Assembly: GCA_951406725.2 (NCBI GenBank)
Contig: OX597818.1
Location: 107,322,001 to 107,386,000, forward strand
Reading direction: 5' to 3'
DNA length: 64,000 nucleotides
Origin: Octopus vulgaris
Lineage: Eukaryota
Numbering within the stretch: position 1 is the first letter of the stretch; each line of letters begins with the position of its first letter. The position numbers were made by a program, and so were the translations under genes. The notes beneath the pieces are model-generated. The model was given only the letters and a program-made list of their open reading frames with translations, ran no database searches and was not told where the DNA came from. This document shows positions 25,481 through 38,735 of this stretch, in pieces.

Positions 25481-27466
25481 GCTTTCCAGTCAAAGAGAAT
25501 GTTGGCTTGCTTGTCTAGTAGCAGGGTGGCATCAGTCAAAAGCGAAAATGATGCACAGCACTTCATGGCCATCAATGTATAACAGTATCTGATTGGTCTG
25601 GTAGATGATGAGATCACATTATCGAACATTAGAGAGGGTGAGCTACCCTGAGTTGATGAAGGCATATTACTCTGTAAGCCTCAAACAGAAGCTTGTAGAC
25701 AAGCATTTCTATTCCAACTTTCTAGAACAATATACATAACTTTATTTTACATAAAACAGGGGAAAATATAAAAGAGATGTCCTTTATAAAATGATGTACT
25801 TTATCTCTGAGTAATAAATGTAGCCCTGTAAGGAATGCCACAGCCACGTTAATATTTAAACAGAATAAAATATTTGTGAAATGCTACAAAGAAAAAGGAA
25901 TCAAGGAAGCAGACCACTGATAGACATTAAGAACATGGCAAAAGAGATGAAGAGGGAAAAGGTTCTGTGAATTCTTCAATGCAAATGTTCTTATAATTTA
26001 AAGCACATGTTCCAATTTACCAACAAACCAACTGACTGGTAACTTACTACTCCAGACCCTCATGACAACCAAAATGAGTTTGCATTTAGAAGAAAATGAA
26101 TTAGGCATATACTTTTGAATATGACATCTCTCCATTTTGTGAGGAATATCACTCTCTGTATGATGATGAATCAGAGGCTTGAAGATGAGTCACTGGAAGA
26201 TTCATAAGCAGAAATTAAAACATACTATTTAGGATTATTATTATACAGATGTTAAATTTATGGCTACAATTATGTAGAAGTTGAAAGAGACTCTTCCCAT
26301 ATGTAACTTCCAATTTACACTGGATGAAGGTTAGTTAATGCTCTGCTATATTCGTTTGATAGCTTGAGGTCTTCTGAATTTTAGGGTTGATTAAAAGCCA
26401 GGATGTTGAGGGCTACACTATAAATTGGCTGTCCTAGCTAAATACTATTTTCTCAGTTGATGGTAGCAAGCTACATTACAAGCTGACTTCAAGAGATAAC
26501 ATGCAATTAAAACTTCCACCTTTAGCCATCTTAGAATTGATATGAAGAATTCATAGATCTGCTATTTTTCTGTCTGCATTCATTTATTATTTTCTGTTGG
26601 CACAATTAAATAAAAAGATGATCAATTAGAGTTGTATAATATTGTCATGAAAACACTATTAATTTATTACAATCCTATTGGGAATAAATATGCATATCAG
26701 AACCATGTTTGGCAATTTGTCTGTGACAGAACCATCACAGACAGTTGACACATTTCAAGAGACGGCAACTCAATTAAAAAAAAAAGACAAAAAAGAAACT
26801 CCAATAAAACAACAACAAAAACATTGACTCAAGTTGCCACCACAGACAGTATTGACATCTAGCACCATTTATAAAGGTTTTCCTAATATTTGACCAACAG
26901 TGGTGGCTGATCAACTAATTTCCCAGATGGATGAATGGCATGAAGTAACATGAAATGCTGTCGATTACTCAGAGCTCAACGTTGGCATTAGATATCAAGA
27001 AGAGTGTGAGAAGATCAATAGTTTTGTGAAAAACTTCCAATATACATGGTGGCAGATTGAATGTAGAAGTTAATACTTGTGAGCTGGCAAAGACTTGAAT
27101 TTATCACTTATTTATGTCTATTGTTTCCAGTGGATCACCAAGGCTAGAAAAATTGATGACAATGCTAAAATATATTGATCTTGTTAATAGTATTGTGCTC
27201 ACATTTATGCATATTTATAATTATGAATATGATTGAAGCATTACGTTTTTGATTAACAAGTCACTGGATGATATGGTGTTTATTGATATCTAAGCAAGTG
27301 AATAAATGCAGAATAAGTTTGCATGACAGCTCCAAGGCCTGTTTTCCATGTTTTCATTTATTCATATGTTGCACTGGTCATTAGGGACTAATAGAAGTTC
27401 TAAGTAGTTTTTCAGTATGACGAACACTCATTGACTGCTGGTGCCATGTATTGTTTCCTGTTGGCA

Positions 27467-27644
27467 CAGGCGTGGCTGTGTGCTAGGAAGTTTGCTTCCC
27501 AACTGCATGGACCTGGGTTCAGTCCCACTGTGTTTCACCTTGGGCAAGATTTTTTCTACTATAGTCTCAGGTAGACCAAAGCCTTGTGAGTAGATCTGGT
27601 AGATGGAAACTGATGGAAGCCCATTGTATATGTGTGTGTGTGTA

Positions 27645-27685
<41 letters not shown>

Positions 27686-27975
27686 TATACATACATATAT
27701 AAATATATATATATATATATGTATATATGTATATATGTATGTATACAATATATGTGAGTGTGGGTGTGTGTGTGTGTGCACATGCACATGTGTTTGTCCT
27801 CCACTACACCACTTGACAACCATGTTTCTGTAACTTAGCAGTCCAGCAAAAGAGACCAATAAAATAAGTATGAGGCTTAGAAAAATAAAGATATAAGTCC
27901 TGGAGTTGAGTCATTCAACTAAAATTTCTTCAAGGAAGTGCCTCAGCATGGCCACAGTCTAATGACTGAAAAAGA
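27467..27975 (+). mobile_element. Full-length CORE-like tRNA SINE with internal (TA/TG)n
   Basis: ggcgtggctgtgtgctag (A-box), gggttcagtccc (B-box), caccttgggcaag, microsatellite, tail cagcatggccacagtctaatgactgaaa. Confidence 0.9.
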
Positions 27976-29336
27976 TATCTGGACCGTTTCTATATCTCAT
28001 TGCTACCATGACACTGAAGCTCTCTTTTCGATTTATGTTCAAGTTGGATGTATTGTATTCAGTTTCTTCTATGATTTCAAAATTCTCTACCAAATAGCAT
28101 ATTTGCAGGATGAAATTTACTCCAAGAATGCAAATCCAGGTCCAGAATTTCTATTTGTACATCAATCAAATTAGTTACATCCAACAATGGGAAAGTAATG
28201 CTTCAAATCAGTCCAAAAATGTTTCTACTCTCATTCATTTTGGCAATGAAGTTTTTCAAGAGAATCATCAAAGCATGTTCATTACTCCACCACCCCACCA
28301 TTTTTAGAGGGGGTTGCTCTTTTCTGAAATAGGGGTTGCCTATTCCTAAACCAATGCCTAATAAGGGTCAGAACTGTTGTTGTTATTTCTGTTAAATACC
28401 ATGCAATAAGTAGGGAGATATTTTTTTTCATTTTATCTTTGTTTGGATAATTAATTCTCTAAGAATCTTGATACAATTAGGTATGACTAATTAATGCTTC
28501 GAACAACTTTGTTACTGGTGCTTATACTGGGAGACTAAAACCAATAAAATGTTAAGTTGTCTTTTGTTGCATTTGAATACAGTACAGTCACATACTAAGG
28601 AAAATATTGTAAAAACCTGCTCCTTGTCATTCATTATTGCACTTTCCACCCTCCCAGAAGGCTACTTTGCACTTTACGTCCGACTATTTTGAGCTTGTTA
28701 TTTGCTTCTCTTTATGTGCGTCTCCTGATTATTCAAGAAAGGATTCTAATCACTGAATCCTCCTCTGCCCAGGCCCATGCAGTTTACCCTGCACTCATCC
28801 TTCCAGCAACCCTTTTGTCCCTTACAATTGAATCCTACTCTAAACACTTTACTAAACTCTTCCTTCCCTGGGCATAAACCCACAGGAATTTCCTCACAAT
28901 TGGCATTTTATCCTGTTGGAAGTGAACATCAATAATCTTCCTAGTCTGATAAAAGAGCCTGAATATGTGAAAATCACTACTACTACTACTGCAACTTCTC
29001 TTTCTCTTGTTAGTCTATAAAAGGAAAATCTAAAGTAACACAGTTATTGTGGGAAATAACCGACAGTTGCTAAGTAGTTTAGTAATTAATCAGGTTGGCT
29101 CAGTTAAAAGGAGGGGTCAACAACTCCACCATTTACAACACCAATCATTTCTCTCAGATAAATGACCAAACTCTTTGGAAATAACATCTTGAACGTTAGT
29201 GACATGGAAACAGATTAAACACATACATGTGGACATTTGACCTGCTAGAAATAGTAGCCAGACCAGACTTAATTCACACCTACCAATTTAAAAGGGAAAG
29301 GAACATTGGATAGTGCAGTCCTAGATATATCATTCC

Positions 29337-29564
29337 TCAACCCTTTAGCATTTAAACCAGCCACATCAGACCTAAATATTATACCTGTGTTATGCTCAAA
29401 CTAGTGAGATCCAGCCTTTCACACCTACCCTACAATGCCATTCTAAAAATAAACCGTTGCATCTTTGAAATCTCAAAACTATGAGATAATGCAGAATTAC
29501 TTCAAAACAGTGTGAATGAATAAGCATTACGATTGACAGAATAAGCTGAATGCTAAATGCTTAA
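29337..29564. mobile_element. piggyBac-type MITE
   Basis: tcaa-ccctttagcatt ... aatgctaaatgc-ttaa: CCC-starting TIR with TTAA-like target duplication; second copy at 17372-18232. Confidence 0.75.
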
Positions 29565-29649
29565 ACAAGAATGGAATATAACAGTTGGAACCTGGGCCTC
29601 TTCACTGTTAGCAATAAATATTTGAACTGTGGAGAAATATCATTGGCTA

Positions 29650-30125
29650 ACCGGTTTCAGTGTCAGTGGCACTTAAAAGGCACCATTCGAGCGTGATCAT
29701 TACCAGCATCGCCTTACTGGCACTCGAGCCCCGTACTAGTAGGGTATTAAGAGCACCATCCGAGCGTGATTGTTGTCAGAGCGGCTATCTGGCCTCTGTG
29801 CCGGTGGCAAGTAAAAGACACCATCCAAGCGTGATCTTTACCAGCATCGCCTTACTGGCACTTGTGCTGGTGGAATGTGTAAAGGATTCGAGCGAGGTCA
29901 TTGCCAGTACCACCTGACTGGCCCCGTGCAGGTGGCACGTAAAAAGCACCCACTACACTCTCAGAGTGGTTGGCGTTAGGAAGGGTATCCAGCTGTAGAA
30001 ACTCTGCCAGATCACGATTGAAGTCTGGTGCTGCCATCTGGTTTGCCAGTCCCCAGTCAAATCATCTAACCCATGCTAGCATGGAAAGCGGACGTTAAAC
30101 GATGATGATGATGATGATGATGACG
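29650..30125 (+). mobile_element. RTE 3'UTR-derived element with internal repeats and (GAT)n tail
   Basis: Repeated aaaaggcaccat.cgagcgtgat units; terminus catggaaagcggacgttaaacgatgatgatg. Confidence 0.88.
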
Positions 30126-30493
30126 ATACACCATTGAAAAATTCTCTTTTTTTTTTTAAATACAACTAATTTATTTGGAAAAGGAAGACCCTTCACTCGT
30201 ATTCTTGTCTACATCCAGGAAGACTTTCAATAATTAATATGCTTCACTACTGAACCATCATCATGTCCTCTTAATGTTCCTTCGACCAGTTCGACCGGTT
30301 CTGCTGATCTCCATAAATTACTGACTGTTTTTGGCCTGGGGAAGTGATTCTCTTTGGTTGCTCAAAATGTTATACAATGAACAATAAAACTCCCTTCCCA
30401 TCTGAAAAGCCACATCATGTCGTTTCAAAAAAGAAATGAGTCATTCGATAATGTTGTCTTATCTAGACTTCTCCACCCCATCATCAGTGAAGA

Positions 30494-30770
30494 AGGTGCA
30501 TGGCTGGGTATTTAGGGTATTTGCTTCATAATCATAAGATTGTCAGTTTGATTCTAAGCAGTACATTATACCCTTGAGCAAGACACTTTATTTCACCTGG
30601 CTCCAGTCCACTCACCTGGCAAAAATGAATTGTACCTGAAATTAAAAGGGGCCAGCCTTGTCACATTTTGTCACGCTGAGTTTCCCTGTGTCTGTGGAGT
30701 ACTCAGCCACTTAGACATTAATTTCATGATTAACTGATCATCAGAACCAATGGAGTGCCAATTACCCCTC
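30494..30770 (+). mobile_element. tRNA SINE (32128 family)
   Basis: aaggtgcatggct head, agtttgattct B-box, cccttgagcaagacactttatttcac...gtctgtggagtactcagccactt. Confidence 0.75.
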
Positions 30771-31111
30771 ACTAAAAAGATGGGATGGTCACAGTCAGAA
30801 AGTCTTTGATCATAGATCTTCCCAGTTAAAGCTGTTCTGAAGCTAAACGGCAATTACAGACTCTGTTACAACAGAGACTTGCCATTCCCACAGAGGTCTG
30901 TGTTGTAAATTCATGCTTCGTTAGAAGCAATCTTCTGAGTCATAAAGAAAGACAATTGTTCTTAATGATTTTGTTAAGGAACACAAAGGGACTTCAGTAG
31001 ACATAGAAAGGGCTTGGATGTTGAGTGGGGAGGATCCAAAACAGAAGCAAAAATTGTGAGCTTCTATTTCAACGTAGTTGGGCCTCACTGGTAACATGGC
31101 ACCAACAGAAC

Positions 31112-31350
31112 AGGAATTCCAACCACGTTTCGTGGTTCACAACCTCAACAGCTCCTTTATAGGATCCAATGTCTAAGGACATAATCAGGAGGAACCACAT
31201 TCGGTTTCAGCCCCTACTCCTCTACCATTTTCAACATGGCGTCCCCCACGGCCCCGTTTCAAAAGTGTCTTCAGCTCTGGTATTGAGTGCATTTTTTTTC
31301 TTTTTTCTTTGGTTTCTTTGATGCAGCATCAATGAACATCAGCGGGTAAT
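31112..31350 (-). repeat. Interspersed repeat, second copy at 48100-48350 (possible PLE end)
   Basis: gaattccaacca...cctcaacag...tataggat...tcaggaggaaccac...tttcagccc.tactcctcta is colinear in both copies. Confidence 0.75.
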
Positions 31351-32127
31351 TGTGAGGCAAAAGCATAGTAAAATGCTGCAGTGACTGTTGCTTCTGTTGT
31401 TGCTTTCATTGGTGGTATTGTTGCTGGTGTTGCTGATGAAGATAATGATACGGCCACTACTGTCAACAACAGCAACAACAACAACAGCAATGATGACGAT
31501 GACAACGATGATGATGATGTTTTGTAATTCTGATTTCTAATCTAAATTAAGTGTGGTGGAAACCTGCAAGTTTTTCACCAACCTAGCATCGATGGAAGTT
31601 GTGTGTAACATCAGGAGAATTCCTGATCTGTGAATTTCTCATATTTTTAGTAAATTATGTATGAAAATGGAGTTTAGAGACTGATTGAGTCAGACGAAGA
31701 TCATTATTAAATATAAAATAAGTTGATTCTATCTAATGAAAAGGTTTTATTGACATTAATTATTACTTACCTTCAAATGGATGATCACATATTAGAGAGA
31801 AGTTCTGTGCAGAGGAAATGGCCAACGGTGAAAAAGGTGTTAATATTTTTTTTGAATGGCTCTGAAGAGAATGATAAATTATTTGATAGGAGTGAAACTG
31901 TCCAGCACTAAATTAGCATATCAAGTGTTGTGGTGTCCTCTGAATAGCCATTTGTAGAAGAGAATTAACTTGATATATAAAGGTGTGGAGTTGAGATGGT
32001 TGAGTGACGAGTAAAATTTTCACAAAACAAAATAGACAATTATCAATGTCTTTTATGATTATTATTTACAAAACTACATGAAATATAAAGGTGGAGCTTA
32101 AGGGTTCAATTCACTGTTTTCCTGTTG

Positions 32128-32450
32128 AAGGGCATATGGCCAAGTGGTTAGGGTATTTAGGTCATGATCATAAGGTTGTGAGTTCGATTCCTCAAGACAT
32201 GTTGTGTCCTTGAGCAAGACACTTTATTTCACATTGCTCCTGTCCACTCACCTGGCAATAACGAGGTGTTCCTGTAACTCAAAGAGCTAACCTTTTCACA
32301 TTCTGAGTCAATGCTGAATCTCCCTGTGAACTACATTAAGAGTATGCATGTCTGTGGAGAGCTCAATGACTTGCACTTTAATTTCAAGAGCAGGTTGTTG
32401 TGTTGATAGGACCAAATGAAACTCTTGTTGCAACTGACCGAGGGTCAGTT
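32128..32450 (+). mobile_element. tRNA-derived SINE
   Basis: A-box tggccaagtgg, B-box gagttcgattcc, CORE-like tgtgtccttgagcaagacactt. Confidence 0.85.
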
Positions 32451-33199
32451 TTTTAATCTGACAAGATCGGAAAGCAGTTTAATAGCAGCACCAACAATAA
32501 CCACAATACTGAAGACAACAATGCAAATCATTTTTGCCTAAAGATTTGGAAATAGAACAACTTAAATAAATCCGCAAAACACTGGTTTTATTTTACTCCA
32601 CATTTAATCTTAATTTTTTTTTTAAGTAACTGAAAGCCAGAGAACCTTTGAAATAAGCAGAAATCATTGAGTGAAGTTAGAAGAAATTAACAGAAAGATA
32701 AAATGGAGTTGAGAAAGGAAAATAGCAAATGAAATATCTATATCTTGGTACTAAATGTCCATTCAATAAAATATTCTAAATTTAACTTAACAAGGGGTAT
32801 TTCTACTGGACACACGGCTTTATTCTAGAAAAAAAAAAAAATATTATCATCAAATTATTTTTTCTCAATACATCATTGCTCTTGTACTGAGTATCACAGA
32901 ACAAAAAATTCTCTTTTTAGTGGACATCATAATTTCTGTTGAAGCTGATAGCTCTTTGGAATGCACAAAACAGTTGAACAGAAGAAAGTCTTCAAAGAAG
33001 AGACCCACTGAAGTAAGTGTTTCAGCCTTGAACTTCTTACACCAGGCCACACCCAGGTCAGGACCCCGTGGGTACCCTTCTGTAACTCCTCTCCATTGAC
33101 TCAGCTTTCAAGCTCGAACTTAAAAGAGAAATAATGTTGGCTGTCATGGTCGCAGTGAAATGCTAACACTACCACAATGACTCACCCAGAGTTACTTCC

Positions 33200-34010
33200 C
33201 TTAACATTAAAATACAAAATTATTGCCTTGAAATGGTATGGAGGTTGTTACTGTTCCTCCTTGACCAGATCCAGCTGGAACATCTCTCCACTGTCTCTTA
33301 TATCACCTTTAGAGACTTGATCCTGTTCATCCCAAAGACTGAGAATTGTTTCATTAGATTGCGAGCAGATTTGCCCACTAAGCCTCTGGTTCCAAGCTCT
33401 AGAGTCAGAACCTTGATCCGGAATTAGGCTTTCCTCTGGCTATTAGCCAAACTGGAATATTTTCCAGTCTTGAACACATGTGCTTCTTTTAGTCTACTTT
33501 CAAATGGCAAGGTGAGTTCAATCAAAATCAAAATAACTGGAATGAAAAATGATATCCAGCCTCCATCCACTCTACCTGATGACTTCTGATTGTTGATCCT
33601 GGGAGGTCTGCTGAGCATTTCCAGTCATCTGCACCACTCAGAAGAATTTATTTTCATGCTCCATATGGTATGGCTGTTTTTGGCCATGATCTGCTGCTGC
33701 CTTTTTCTGTGTAGAATGTTGTTGGAAATTCTGGTTTTACTCTTGCCAAACTTACATGTATGATCTCCTTAAGCACTTGATTGTGCCTCCATGTGTATCT
33801 TCTTTGGGCTAGGGTCACTCTGCAGAAGCTCAGAACATGTGCCACTGTCTGCCTACCCTGGCAGTGTGGCAGTCAAGATTATTTGATCGTCCCACTTCAC
33901 TAGGTTCATATTCAAAATCAGGAGATCATAGACAAATCTGAAGATAAAACTTATTCTAAGAGGCACCATATGCCACAAGTCATTCCAGCTGAGATGCTGC
34001 TGGAATGCCA
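33200..34010 (-). mobile_element. Restriction-like-endonuclease non-LTR retrotransposon relic (Hero/R2 group)
   Basis: LSWNDLWHMVPLRISF...YDLL, HVLSFC...RYTWRHNQVL, and IELTLPFESRLKEAHVFKTGKY fit the CCHC plus PD..D/ExK C-terminus of Hero-like elements. Confidence 0.8.
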
Positions 34011-34546
34011 GAACTACCAAACATGTCCTCAAAACCTTTTCTACTTTGTATTTGTACTGCATCTTGTAAGACGCTCCTTTGTTATTTTCCCCATTTGAAA
34101 TATAGCAAACTAGTCACAGGAAATCATATCTAATGATGGTATTGTTCTATAAAATGTAAAATGAAATCAAATACAAAATTAATACAAGTGTAATAAAATC
34201 TTAGGATCCATGGAAAGAAGTGAAATTCAAAGCAACAATTAGAATGTGTATCTTATTTCAGCTACAGTAAATGCAATGTTATATTGTTGCTCTTTAAATT
34301 TCATATTGCACGCATTAGGGCTGAAGAGGCTGTATCAATCTACAGCTTTTTGAAACGCTGAATTTTAGTTGATGAGGGAAAAGAAGTGAGGGGATTCTAG
34401 AGAATTTCAGTTAGGGAGAGGAAGAATTGTGATGTTGTGGCTAGTGCAACAAAGTGGGAGCTGATAAAGTCAGAAATAAGAAAAGAAATTAGAAAATCAC
34501 TATTTGTAAATCTCACAACGAGAGATATTCAGCAACAGTACTTTGG

Positions 34547-35008
34547 AGTAAAGATTATTTGCCAATATAACATGGCAGTCCTGGTTTAGGACGAATGTTG
34601 CTGTAATTTAGCCCCAGGAGACATCGTCTACAGCTGGCTATACGACACAATCTGTGTCCTTATAATTTTGAACAAATGAATCTAGCAACCCCACTCAGCT
34701 CAAAACAATATCTGTGTATCGGGATTTCCGGTTTATTTCCCTTCATCAGCACAGAACAATTGCCAAATTGGCAGTGCCACCTCTAGCTGAACAATTATTC
34801 TATGCTGATGAAGAGGAATAACCCAAAAATCACGATACACAGATACTGTTTTGAGCTGAGTAGGGGTGCTAGATTCCTTTATTCGAAACTATAAGAAAAA
34901 CAGATCGTGTCGTATAGCCAGCTGCAGACGATGTCTCCTGGGGCTGAATGACAGCAACATCCGTCCTAAACCAGGAATGCCATGTTATGTTGGCAAACAG
35001 TCTTTTCT
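34547..35008. mobile_element. Fold-back (MITE-like) element with about 210-bp imperfect arms
   Basis: tttgccaatataacatggcagtcctggtttaggacg... pairs with ...cgtcctaaaccaggaatgccatgttatgttggcaaa; short central spacer near 34761-34793. Confidence 0.9.
34712..34754 (-). ncRNA. Minimal hammerhead ribozyme-like motif in fold-back arm
   Basis: CTGTG-CTGATGA-aGGgaaataaaCCg-GAAA-TC-CC-GA-T-A-CACAG: 5-bp stem I, intact core, weak stem II, AUA site. The mirror copy at 34800-34842 has lost G12. Confidence 0.55.
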
Positions 35009-35439
35009 ACTAAGAAAAGAAGGTTTGGCACATCTAGAGACTTTATTTGCATGGGGTAGCAATGAACAAGTTCAGAAGAGCAGAGTGTGAAGATATAGGC
35101 TGACAATAAGTGGATGCGTAATTGTAGAGCATAAATGAAAGGCGATTTGCCAATCAGTAGAGTATCATTTGTTTTATTGAAATGTCAAAGATATAAATAA
35201 TAAACTAAGACTAGTGCTAGTGCCACTTAGAATGTTCTGGTGCTGGTAACACATAGAAAGCATTCAGTACACTCTACCGCGTAAAGTGTGTGTGTGGGGG
35301 GGAGGTTAGTAAGGGCTTTGAGAAGCAGAGACCAAGGCAAGGAATGTTTGTGGTTGAATGTAATCAGTGAGAGGAGGGTAAGCAACAGGTTCGTGCTATG
35401 AAATAACCTTCCATGGGGATTAGATGAACTTCAACCCTA

Positions 35440-35672
35440 GTGGGGTCCCTGGCATTGCCACCTCCTGTCAAACCATCCAGCACAGGCCAGTGTTGAAGAC
35501 TGATGTTAAATGACGACAACGACGACGATGATGATGACGATGACGATGACAACAAGGATGATGATGATGATGACGATGAGGATGATGATGATGATGATGA
35601 TGACGACGACGATGAAGATGATGATGATGATGATGAAGATGATGATGATGATGATGATGATAATGGCGATGA

Positions 35673-35703
<31 letters not shown>

Positions 35704-35860
35704 GATGATGATGGCGATGATGAAGATGATGAAGATGATGATGATGATGATGACAACGATGAAGATGATGATGATGATGATGATGATAATGGCGATGATG
35801 ATGATGATGATGATGATGATGACGATGATGACAACGATGACGACGACGGCGATGATGATC
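35440..35860 (+). repeat. RTE-type 3' terminus with about 350-bp compound (GAT/GAC/GAA)n expansion
   Basis: cctgtcaaaccatccagc...gatgttaaatgac then the triplet run; explains the poly-D/S/H/M ORFs. Confidence 0.9.
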
Positions 35861-36533
35861 TGGGAGCTGGTAAAAAGTCAGCTGCTTTTTGAAGGCAGTA
35901 GGAAATAATATTTTATGATGGAATATTGGTAAAATGGTGCGTGTGTATGTGTAAGTGTGTGTGTGTGTAAGTGTGTGTGTGTGTGTGTGTGTGCGTGTGC
36001 GTGTGTGCGTTTGTGTGTGTCTGGACATGTGAAAATTGTCATGGATTATTAAAGGCATATCTGTGATTGAATGTTGTAAGAGAGGGAAGGCCAATGGTTC
36101 ATGCTATGAAATACTGTTCATGTGAATTAGATGAACTCCGTCCCTACATTATATAAGTCAGTCGCACTCATCCATGATACGCTCAATCTGTCTGTTAGTC
36201 ACACTGCTTTATTATAATAAAATGGCTCTTATCCTTATTCATCCATTTGAAAGTAACTAAACTACCAGGGAAAACACTGAAACACACGACTCTGTCAATA
36301 AGTGAGGCATTAAAACCTACAACAAAATAATGGTAAGTGCTCTGAGATTCTTTAGAAGTCAAAGCAATGTTATGTTTTTTTTTTTTTCCTCTTCAACACA
36401 GCAATGATCAATCTATTTTAATGAGTCAATAAGTTCAATCTTTTACCTATATTTGGTAAAAACAGAAAAGCTGCTAAGAAATGATGCATCCATTCTGTTT
36501 CGTGATTGGAATACATATACACAGAAAAGTTAT

Positions 36534-36567
<34 letters not shown>

Positions 36568-37212
36568 ATGTGAAATAAATAAATGAAAAAAAAATAAATA
36601 AATGAAAAAAATAATAAAAAAAACAACAACTGAAATGATAAAAGAAATATAAAAAAAGCAAAGATAAAGCAACAAAAAGTTATAAAATAAAACCTCCCTC
36701 TCTTGCCAGTACATTCAGTGGATGATAATAACTTCATGAATATTCATAAGCTGTTGGTTTAGACACTGACTCCGTATATATATTCCTGATATTGTAATGT
36801 ACGGGAGAGGATGGATGGGAAGAAGCGCATGCAGCTATGTTTATTTATGTATAAAAATAAACAGACATGTACATACACACATATATATATATATAAATAT
36901 AAACACACACACATATATATATGAATGTGCGCATGTGTGCATGTATGCATACAATATACATACATATATATATATATATGTGCATGTTTGCGCAGGCATA
37001 CACGTGAACACATAAATACAACACATACATATAGATACGCATACACTCGTATACACACACTTGCATTAGCATTGATGAAGATCCCAGTTTAGATCAATTT
37101 TGCTTTGATATTTACAGTCAATATTTCCTTGATCAGAACATAAAATATACGTTGCAAAACTTTTTGGTATATCTTTCTGTTTAGTTTATTTATTATCACA
37201 TACATTATCATA

Positions 37213-37226
37213 CAATTATTATTATT

Positions 37227-37267
<41 letters not shown>

Positions 37268-37283
37268 TATTATTATTATTATT

Positions 37284-37366
<83 letters not shown>

Positions 37367-37367
37367 T

Positions 37368-37414
<47 letters not shown>

Positions 37415-37520
37415 CATCATCATCATCATCGTTATTATTATTATTATTAGCATAGTCGTCGTCATTGCCATCATTGTCACTGCCATTGCCATTGTCGGCG
37501 TTGTCATCGTCATCATCATT
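37213..37520. repeat. (CAT/TAT)n microsatellite
   Basis: Direct. Confidence 0.95.
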
Positions 37521-38335
37521 ATTACAATTATTTATTTATTTCTTTATTTCCTTATTCTATTTTAGGAGAGATAGTGGAGGGATCTATGAGTTTTTGTCAC
37601 AAGAATTAAATGAAAACAAAAATTTAACAATAAATAAATAGAAATAAATACAAAAAATAATTTTAAAAAAAAGCAGAACAGTAAGCTAAGGTAGAAAAAA
37701 TATGGTAAAGAAACATGAGAATCAATTTGAAGATGAAAAATAAAACAAAAAAATTAATGTAAAAAGCCTTCACCAGAATCTCTTGTATCTTCCATGTTTT
37801 CAATAAAAATCCAAAAAGCAAAATAAAAGAAAGACTCCGTTTCATTGCTTGTAAGTGTAGCCAATGTTTTGCTGAATCTCTCTATAAATTTGTTGAAAAA
37901 TCTTGCCCCTAATTGACATTAATGAGAATGTTTGAATAAAGTCTAATGGAGTAGGGTAGTGGCTATTTGAAGTAAGGGTGAAGTGTGGAAGAAAATAGGG
38001 GGAAAACATGAGATGTAGCGAATGTGAAGGCTGAAGGAAATAAATGTGTGGGAGTCACGAAGAATATAATATGATAAAATGGAAAGGAAATAAGAGAGAA
38101 ATTATAAGGCCAAACTTGTACAAAAACCAAAATGTGTACACATATATACATTCACATATGTGAACACATACACACACACACACAAACATGTGCATGCGTG
38201 TGTGCATGTGTGTGCATGCATATACAGCAAATTTCCATATTATAGAAGAGTTGTGTTTTTGAAGGCTTTTCCACAACATAGAATTCAGTAATGTGGAATC
38301 TCTTCCATTGGTACATTATTTACATTATTTACAAT

Positions 38336-38461
38336 TGACAGATATTTGTCCTCGTCTTGTTTGTTGTTAACACAACATTTCGGCTGATATACCCTCCAGC
38401 CTTTATCAGGTGTCTTGGGGAAATTTCGAACCTGGGTTCTCATTCCTAAGGTATTTTTCAA

Positions 38462-38519
<58 letters not shown>

Positions 38520-38652
38520 ATTATTATTATTTTTTCCTTCTTTCTTCAAATTTTCTTCTGTTTCTCGCCGAGTGTTTTCTATACACCTAGGGCAGAGAAT
38601 CTCATTGTATGCATTCCCAGATGACATTATCCTTATCATTATTATTGTTATT

Positions 38653-38702
<50 letters not shown>

Positions 38703-38704
38703 CA

Positions 38705-38735
<31 letters not shown>

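Noticed and set aside
25750-27400. Long unique stretch with a coding-like look
   Set aside because: No long ORF in the track and no motif recognised; possibly an old transposon but unsupported.
28640-28980. Possible PLE C-terminus with ctgataaa...gaaaa
   Set aside because: No convincing protein motif and no stem II pairing.
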